Positions 1-5,469 of a stretch of DNA of 24,000 nt are shown here, piece after piece (positions within the stretch are counted from its first letter, which is position 1; every line of letters begins with the position of its first letter). Under the pieces are notes generated by a model, which did no database searches, had not been told where the DNA came from, and saw only the letters and a list, made by a program, of their open reading frames with translations. Position numbers and translations under genes: made by a program. Source of the stretch: Candidatus Bathyarchaeota archaeon (GTDB lineage: Archaea > Thermoproteota > Bathyarchaeia > 40CM-2-53-6); the NCBI GenBank assembly GCA_963726255.1, contig CAVSBL010000002.1, forward strand, positions 332,529 to 356,528, read 5' to 3'.

Positions 1-101
1 GATTTCCTAAACAGCCTTTCCGGCGCGTCTTGGGGCGGTTTGATTATCTGGTTAGTCTCTAGGTACTTGGTTATGGCCAAGCGTGCGAGTTGAACTAGCA
101 T
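1..101 (-). CDS. AMMECR1-family protein, first 33 codons only (gene runs off the left edge)
   Basis: Absent from the ORF track because it has no stop in the window. The minus-strand ATG at 101..99 lies 1 nt after the TAG of the upstream gene. It reads MLVQLARLAITKYLETNQIIKPPQDAPERLFRK, which resembles the AMMECR1 N-terminus as I remember it (LVxLARxAIxxYL ... PPxDxPxxL). The fragment is short and recognised from memory only. Confidence 0.45.
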   Translation of the reverse strand, partial: MLVQLARLAITKYLETNQIIKPPQDAPERLFRK

Positions 102-102
102 T

Positions 103-630
103 CTACCTTCTTCGAGGCTCAGCTTGTTCTGTGCTAGCGGAGCCGTTTCTCTTCGCGTCAAGAATTTTCCTCGCGCTTCCCAGGGTTTGTTCTATCTTTT
201 TCCAGTGACTTCCTTGCCAGTAAACTTTGGCGCACTTGGGATTAGTGCAGGCCCAAAAACTCTGGTACACTTTAAAAGTTGCTGGAGGCACCAACGCTTC
301 TGCTTCTTCCTTTGAAGCTTCCCTCAGCGTAAAGCCACACAGGGGGCATCTTGAGATCGTGGTGTCGATTTCGAGTCTTAAATTGTAACGTTGTGCGAGG
401 TTGGCCAATCGCTCTGGCTCTGTGCGCCCCTGTACTAGCGAGGTCTCAATGCCCTTCACGGCTGCGGTCCTGTAGAGTTCTTCGTCAGAAGTCAGCAAGA
501 TGAGAGAGTCACGTTTGGCGATTGAGAGCAAATCCTTGTCCGAACTGTCGTTTAGGTAGACCGCTTCGTATCCAAGCATACGAAGCCATCTTGCTAGCTT
601 TCCCAGCATTCCGTCTAGGAGGAATCCCAT
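103..630 (-). CDS. Mut7-C (DUF82) PIN-like RNase domain protein with C-terminal zinc ribbon
   Basis: 175 aa ORF. The N-terminus MGFLLDGMLGKLARWLRMLGYEAVY is the characteristic Mut7-C/DUF82 start. The C-terminal half has CPLCG ... CTNPKC (4 Cys). Its start overlaps the pyrC 3' end by 16 nt. Confidence 0.75.
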   Translation of the reverse strand: MGFLLDGMLGKLARWLRMLGYEAVYLNDSSDKDLLSIAKRDSLILLTSDEELYRTAAVKGIETSLVQGRTEPERLANLAQRYNLRLEIDTTISRCPLCGFTLREASKEEAEALVPPATFKVYQSFWACTNPKCAKVYWQGSHWKKIEQTLGSARKILDAKRNGSASTEQAEPRRR

Positions 631-1955
631 GCCCTATCGCTCTTGGTAACCTTGCCCACGGGGTTCCCTACAATCCTTCCCCTCTCAGCAACCAGCGTCC
701 CGTTCACAATCGTGTATGCTGCCGTCCCAAGGCATTTGTAGCCTTTGAACGGCGAGTATCTCGCTTTGCTTTCAAAATTCTCCGGGGAAACACGTGTCCT
801 AGCCTTCGGGTCGACCAGCACTAAATCTGCGTCATAGCCTTCCTTGAGCTCGCCCTTCCTTGGCAGACGAAAGAGCTTTGCCGGCAAGGTTGCCGTTGCT
901 TCTACGAGTCTTCGCAACGTGAGTTTTCCCCGCGAGACCTGCGTGAACATTAATGGGAGGGATGTTTCCAGGCCTGGTACTCCTGAGGCTGCGTCCCAGG
1001 CGTTTTCTTTTGTTTTCTCTTCAAGCGTGTGCGGTGCGTGGTCACTGGCGAGTATGTCCACTTTCCCTTTGGCAAAAAGCCTCCACAGGCTATTCCTGTT
1101 TGTCTCGTTTCTAATCGGAGGGACACAAATCGCTAGGGTCTTCTGTTTTCGAAAGACAGTTTGATTCAGGAGTAGGTGGTGGGCGGAGGCTTCGCATGTT
1201 GCATTCGGCGCCGTTCGGACGAGGTTTACGGCTTCCGGAGTCGTGATATGGCAGATGTGAAGTCGTACTCCAAGTCTGTTGCCGAGGCCTAGGATCCTGC
1301 GGACTGCATATACTTCGATTTGTGGTGTATGTGCTTTGAGAAAGTCTCCGATTGAAGTCTTCCCTTGGTGTATGCTCTCCTGCTGGGATTTTCTGATGCG
1401 ATCCCCGTCTTCGGCGTGGATGGTGACTATAGCGTCAGCTTGTTTTGCTGCTTGAAGAGAGTTCATCAAATGCGTTTGGTCACTTGAATCGAACGTTTCG
1501 AGGGATTTGTTTAGGTATAGTTTGAACGCGATTGCGCCTTGTTCAGCCATTAGTTTCATTTCGTTCGGATCCTCAACCAGCGCGCCTTGGAAGGCTACGT
1601 TCGAGTACATCCTCCCTTCCGCCTTCGCCATCTTATCGGCCAAATTGACGTGGCTTAATGTGGGAGGGCGGGAATTGGGCATGTCAAAGACTGTCGTGAA
1701 CCCTCCGACGGCAGCGGCGCGAGTTCCCGTCTCGAAAGTCTCCTTGTAGGATAGTTCCAAATCACGAAGGTGGACGTGCGCGTCAATCATCCCCGGGAGG
1801 GCGATTAAACGGCTGGCGTCGATTCTTTGGTCTGGAGTTGAAGTTGGTCGAATTTTAGATATGCTTTTGATTACGCCATCTTCGAGAAATATGTGAGCGT
1901 TAGTCAGTTCTTCCCCTTTTAGTATCTGCGCTGATTCTATGAGTAATGATGCCAT
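615..1955 (-). CDS. pyrC: dihydroorotase (cyclic amidohydrolase superfamily)
   Basis: 446 aa. Metal-binding motifs are present: DAHVHLRD, AFKLY (carbamylated Lys position), TIHAED, ICHITT and ASDHAPH. Length and motif order fit class I dihydroorotase. An allantoinase or hydantoinase relative cannot be excluded by eye. Confidence 0.85.
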   Translation of the reverse strand: MASLLIESAQILKGEELTNAHIFLEDGVIKSISKIRPTSTPDQRIDASRLIALPGMIDAHVHLRDLELSYKETFETGTRAAAVGGFTTVFDMPNSRPPTLSHVNLADKMAKAEGRMYSNVAFQGALVEDPNEMKLMAEQGAIAFKLYLNKSLETFDSSDQTHLMNSLQAAKQADAIVTIHAEDGDRIRKSQQESIHQGKTSIGDFLKAHTPQIEVYAVRRILGLGNRLGVRLHICHITTPEAVNLVRTAPNATCEASAHHLLLNQTVFRKQKTLAICVPPIRNETNRNSLWRLFAKGKVDILASDHAPHTLEEKTKENAWDAASGVPGLETSLPLMFTQVSRGKLTLRRLVEATATLPAKLFRLPRKGELKEGYDADLVLVDPKARTRVSPENFESKARYSPFKGYKCLGTAAYTIVNGTLVAERGRIVGNPVGKVTKSDRAWDSS

Positions 1956-2010
1956 GGCCCCGGTTGCACCGCCTGCTGACTATCCACGTGTGTCAGCGGC
2001 TTAAGGTTGG

Positions 2011-2589
2011 TTATGCTTCTTCAGGTTCTTCCGTTTCGGATGCGCAGTCATCGCAAAGGAATTGTCCGTCGTGTGATTTCAACTCGTCAGCCCAGGAGCC
2101 GCACCTGTCACAGTAGCCGGAGAGCGGTGCGGCCTCCTTGATCTTCGGGACCGGGGCTATCTGAGATTTCTCAGCCATAACGTCAATCAAAGCCGGGGTT
2201 ATGTCTACGATATCGTTGCTGGTTATGATGCCCTTGACCTTAGCGCCTTGAACAACGACTAGTCGCCTAACTTTCATCTCCCGCATTCTATTCGCAGCAT
2301 CCGTCACGTTAGAGGAAGGGTCGATTGTTGCGATAGGTTTAGTCATGCATTTCTCGGCCGTCGCTTTGCTCGGAAGCAAATCAAACGCGGCGACTCTTCT
2401 CACAACATCCCGCTCGGTCATAAGGCCCAGTGGTTTGCCCGACTTGTCTACGACGACAACGCAGCCGATTTCGTTCTTCTTCATCAGCTTAGTGGCCGCG
2501 AGCACTGTGTCCGTTTCTCGAATCGTGACCACGGGACTTGACATAACGTCCTCAACTTTGACGTCGGGCGTATCTGACCTTGTTCCCAA
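2011..2589 (-). CDS. CBS-pair domain protein with C-terminal CxxC...CxxC zinc ribbon
   Basis: 192 aa. There are two CBS repeats (VEDVMSSPVVTI...GCVVVVD...GLMTERDVVRRV and CMTKPIATI...RRLVVV...GIITSNDIV). The tail is YCDRCGSW...GQFLCDDC. It is a paralog of the ORF at 19112..19663. Confidence 0.8.
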   Translation of the reverse strand: MGTRSDTPDVKVEDVMSSPVVTIRETDTVLAATKLMKKNEIGCVVVVDKSGKPLGLMTERDVVRRVAAFDLLPSKATAEKCMTKPIATIDPSSNVTDAANRMREMKVRRLVVVQGAKVKGIITSNDIVDITPALIDVMAEKSQIAPVPKIKEAAPLSGYCDRCGSWADELKSHDGQFLCDDCASETEEPEEA

Positions 2590-2735
2590 TCGTTATCCCA
2601 ACAGGACTGGTTTTTCGACGCCTTAAGGGCTTTGCTGGACATTTCCGGGAGGGGTTTGGTAAGGGCAGGGAAGGGTTATCTAGCGACTGTAGGTATGATG
2701 CGAGGAATCCCCAGCCGGTTAGGAATGGAAGCAAG

Positions 2736-3071
2736 TTGAGCACCGCTCAATCTCAGGTTCAAACTCAGTCCAAGAGACGAATCAAGCCAACCTCAGTCGT
2801 CTACTGGCTTCGTGTCGCCTTAGCGGTTGTAGCCGGGTTTGCGAACCAATTCTTACACATCAACCAAGCCAATTTTGGTGACTTCGCAATTTTCGTAGGC
2901 ATCGGCCTAGGACTAATCATTTACGCGTTTTCCATCTTCATTGTTCAACGTGTCTTGCATTACGGCGAGGCTGAACTGAAAGGAAAGAACCGGTACATCA
3001 CTCTCGGTGGTGGCACCTTCATAATTCTGTGGATCGTAGTATTGGTGTTTCTCAACACCATCTCGCCGTAA
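2736..3071 (+). CDS. small hypothetical membrane protein (about 3 TM helices)
   Basis: The ORF track gives 2580..3071. The first 52 codons are Arg/Gly-rich, non-protein-like, and overlap the divergent CBS gene start. An in-frame TTG at 2736 precedes three hydrophobic segments (VVYWLRVALAVVAGFA, FAIFVGIGLGLIIYAFSIFIV, GGTFIILWIVVLVFL). The start is uncertain and no family was recognised. Confidence 0.5.
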   Translation: MSTAQSQVQTQSKRRIKPTSVVYWLRVALAVVAGFANQFLHINQANFGDFAIFVGIGLGLIIYAFSIFIVQRVLHYGEAELKGKNRYITLGGGTFIILWIVVLVFLNTISP

Positions 3072-3463
3072 CTACTTTGCTACTGCCTTTTGCGTGTCAG
3101 GGGGCGCGCGAGGGGGCCCCTCCCGTTCGAGTTTCCTCAAGTAGCTCTCCACGGCCTCAAAGTAACCCCTGTCATAGTCGGAATGCAGTTCGTTCGTTCC
3201 GTGTTGTGCGAACTCCTTTCTCAGCGTCCTCAGTTTGGTGGGGGTCATTTCAATTTTCGACAGGTACAGGTACTTGTCATCAGTAGACTTGGCGGTGAGC
3301 AGCAGCCCTTCGAGGGCTTTTAGGTAGCCTTTCGCCAGTTCGGTTGCGGGGATGCTAGTGCGTATGCTATCAAGTTCTTTTTCTGCGTCTGAATTTCGTC
3401 TCTGGATGATGGCTTGAAAGAATTTTTCAGTGTCGATGTTTAAGCTGGCGCGCGGTTTCTCAT
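3072..3463 (-). CDS. hypothetical helical protein, apparently frameshifted at its 5' end (open frame 3072..3515 with no canonical start before codon 90)
   Basis: Absent from the ORF track. The minus-strand frame is open from 3515 to the TAG at 3074..3072. It reads ...EKPRASLNIDTEKFFQAIIQRRNSDAEKELDSIRTSIPATELAKGYLKALEGLLLTAKSTDDKYLYLSKIEMTPTKLRTLRKEFAQHGTNELHSDYDRGYFEAVESYLRKLEREGPPRAPPDTQKAVAK, which has protein-like composition. The first ATG/GTG/TTG in this frame is the ATG at 3248. An ATG at 3463..3461 overlaps the radA TGA (ATGA) but is one base out of frame and stops after 7 codons. Confidence 0.45.
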
Positions 3464-4542
3464 TTTCGGCGTTTGACTTCGTCTTCTTCGGTGATATCTT
3501 TGATACCTTCCTCAGTTATCTTGAATATTCGTTCTCCTTCCGGTAGGTAGGGGCTTGAGACGAGCCTGCAAATTCGGACTGGGCCACTGGACGTCCGTCT
3601 CAAGAATATCCTGGTATGGGTAGTGTGGGATACTATATGTCCTCCGACTGCCTCCACAGCCATAGCGAAAAACTGGTCGGGTCTCGACATGACCTGGTTC
3701 GTGACAACTGCGCATGCATTGAAAGCGCGGGAAAGCCTAACGAGCCGGTGCAAGTGGCTATTGAGCTTCTGCTGCCGCTCCGCGAGCATCTCTCGTCCGA
3801 GGTATTCGCTTCGGAAATGCGCGGTCAACGAATCCACAATTATCAACTTCACGTTATTTTCCTGAATGACCTTGTCAGCTTTGTCGAGTACGAGAATCTG
3901 ATGATCAGAATTGAAGGCTTCTGAGTAGATGATTCTCTTCGCCGTTTCGATCGGGTCTAGTCCCATAGCCTTTGCCATGCGGACTATCCATTCTGGGCGG
4001 AAGGTGTTCTCCGTATCAATGTATAGGGCTGAACCGTTGAGGCCTCCTTTCTCTTCAGGGAGTTGTACGTTGACTGCAAGCTGATGGCAGAGTATGCTCT
4101 TACCGACTCCATATTCCCCGTAGAATTCAGTTATCGTTTGGGTTTCAAGGCCTCCGCCCAGCAGTTCATCAACCTGTTTGCTCATGGTCGAAAGTCGCCG
4201 AACGTTCTGCCTCATCTTCATGAGCTCGTCAGCTCGAATGAAACTGAGCGCCAAGCTGTCCCGTGCTTCAGCGATTACTTTGGCGGCCTGTTTTTCACCA
4301 ACGCCAGCTACGGTCAGTTCTTTGATGGTGGCCGTGGCCAGGGACTCAACGGTCTGGTAACCCATCTCTGTAAGTTTTTCAGCAGTTGCGGGGCCGACAC
4401 CTGGAATATCTTCTATGAACTCGTACTTCTTCTGCGGTTTCTCAGCCGCCGCCTCGACTTTTTCTTCTGCCGCTTCCTCTGCCTCTTCTTCAGGTTGCTT
4501 GGCTTTTTCTTTCAAGACTTCGGCCGTTGCCAACAATAACAC
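3460..4542 (-). CDS. radA: DNA repair and recombination protein RadA
   Basis: 360 aa. It has the HhH N-domain (IEDIPGVGPATAEKLTEMGYQTVESLA), Walker A (GEYGVGKS), Walker B (LIIVDS), and a RadA-type C-terminus (ICRLVSSPYLPEGERIFKITEEGI). It also carries an acidic N-terminal extension. Confidence 0.95.
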   Translation of the reverse strand: MLLLATAEVLKEKAKQPEEEAEEAAEEKVEAAAEKPQKKYEFIEDIPGVGPATAEKLTEMGYQTVESLATATIKELTVAGVGEKQAAKVIAEARDSLALSFIRADELMKMRQNVRRLSTMSKQVDELLGGGLETQTITEFYGEYGVGKSILCHQLAVNVQLPEEKGGLNGSALYIDTENTFRPEWIVRMAKAMGLDPIETAKRIIYSEAFNSDHQILVLDKADKVIQENNVKLIIVDSLTAHFRSEYLGREMLAERQQKLNSHLHRLVRLSRAFNACAVVTNQVMSRPDQFFAMAVEAVGGHIVSHTTHTRIFLRRTSSGPVRICRLVSSPYLPEGERIFKITEEGIKDITEEDEVKRRK

Positions 4543-4698
4543 CCTACTTATTTCAACATTGGCTACGCTTTCTACAGGCCTCGTTCGATATAACGGAGAG
4601 AGATGAGTGAATGAATTACAATCATCGGCTCTTCGGCGTCAGTTTGAAGCATTCAATTATGTCGAGAGCTGAAGCAATGATTCTGTAGGAGCTTCAAC

Positions 4699-5469
4699 AT
4701 GGGACTCTTGGTAAGAATTGACCCTGAGCTTTCTGAGGCAGCAGAGATCCTTGAGAAAGCTTTCCGGGCAAGAAGTTTCGTGCTCGTAATCGGCAAGTGC
4801 AGAGTCGATTACGAGGGGCGCGCGTCTTCGACGTTAGAATGGGGTGAGAGAGTGACAATTGTGAAACAAGACGGGTCTGTATTGGTCCACAGGCCAACAG
4901 AATATGAACCCGTCAACTGGCAGCCCCCAAAATGCGTTGTCAGCGTCAAGCTTGCCGACTCTGGGTTAGTTGTTAGTGCGTCACGTTCTCAGCCAAGAGA
5001 AAACGTTTCCATAGAATTCCAAGAAATTCACCTGACCGCAACAGGAACGCTCGTCGATACCGGCGAATTCGCTCTGCACGTGACTGAGGAACAGATGAAG
5101 CAGGCGATCCTCACCGCGCCCGACCTAGTAGAAAATGGGCTAAAACCACTTCAGCAGGAGAAAAATCTCGGCGTAGCTGGCTTCACGGATATCTTCGCAG
5201 AAGACAAGAATGGTGCACTCGTTGTTGTAGAAATCAAGAGGAATGCAGCCTCAAAGGATGCGGTTTTGCAACTTGAACGGTACCTCGACACCCTCAGGAA
5301 GAAGGTTAACAGGCCTCTCAGGGGCATTGTAGTGGCTCCTGAGCTTCGCAAGACCGCGCAACCGCTCCTAGATAGCCTGAAGCTGGAGTATGTCAGGCTC
5401 GCACCAGAGAAATGCTTCAGCGTGCTGAAGAGCCACAGAGACATGAAACTAAGCCACTTCATGACGTGA
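4699..5469 (+). CDS. nucS: endonuclease NucS / EndoMS (mismatch-specific, RecB-like nuclease fold)
   Basis: 256 aa. The N-terminal half fits the NucS family (GKCRVDYEGRASSTLEWGERVTIVKQDGSVLVHRP...EPVNWQPP). The C-terminal nuclease half fits too (GFTDIFAEDKNGALVVVEIKRNAASKDAVLQLERY ... RGIVVAPEL). The length is typical for archaeal NucS. Confidence 0.9.
   Translation: MGLLVRIDPELSEAAEILEKAFRARSFVLVIGKCRVDYEGRASSTLEWGERVTIVKQDGSVLVHRPTEYEPVNWQPPKCVVSVKLADSGLVVSASRSQPRENVSIEFQEIHLTATGTLVDTGEFALHVTEEQMKQAILTAPDLVENGLKPLQQEKNLGVAGFTDIFAEDKNGALVVVEIKRNAASKDAVLQLERYLDTLRKKVNRPLRGIVVAPELRKTAQPLLDSLKLEYVRLAPEKCFSVLKSHRDMKLSHFMT

Noticed and set aside
2580-2735. ATG 2580 as the start of the small membrane protein
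   Set aside because: It would overlap the divergent CBS gene start and add 52 non-protein-like residues. The in-frame TTG 2736 just before the first TM helix is more plausible. Uncertainty remains.
2745-2775. tRNA-like T-loop string CTCAGGTTCAAACTCAG
   Set aside because: The flanking pentamers are direct repeats, not inverted repeats, so no T-stem can form. There is no acceptor or anticodon arm context, and the string lies inside a coding frame.
3029-3323. Two plus-strand ORFs (3029..3286, 3090..3323)
   Set aside because: They are Arg/Gly/Pro-rich and non-protein-like. The opposite strand carries a much more protein-like open frame (3072..3515), so I assign coding to the minus strand.
4063-4539. 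158 aa plus-strand ORF, with smaller ones at 3616..3924, 3623..3865, 4178..4360 and 4415..4606
   Set aside because: All are antisense to the unambiguous radA gene. Their composition is low-complexity and Phe/Leu/Arg-rich, typical of shadow ORFs.
4543-4698. C/D-box sRNA in the radA-nucS spacer (ATGAGTGAATGA ... CTGA ... ATGATTCTG)
   Set aside because: The boxes deviate from RUGAUGA/CUGA and their spacing does not fit the C-D'-C'-D layout of about 12-nt guides.
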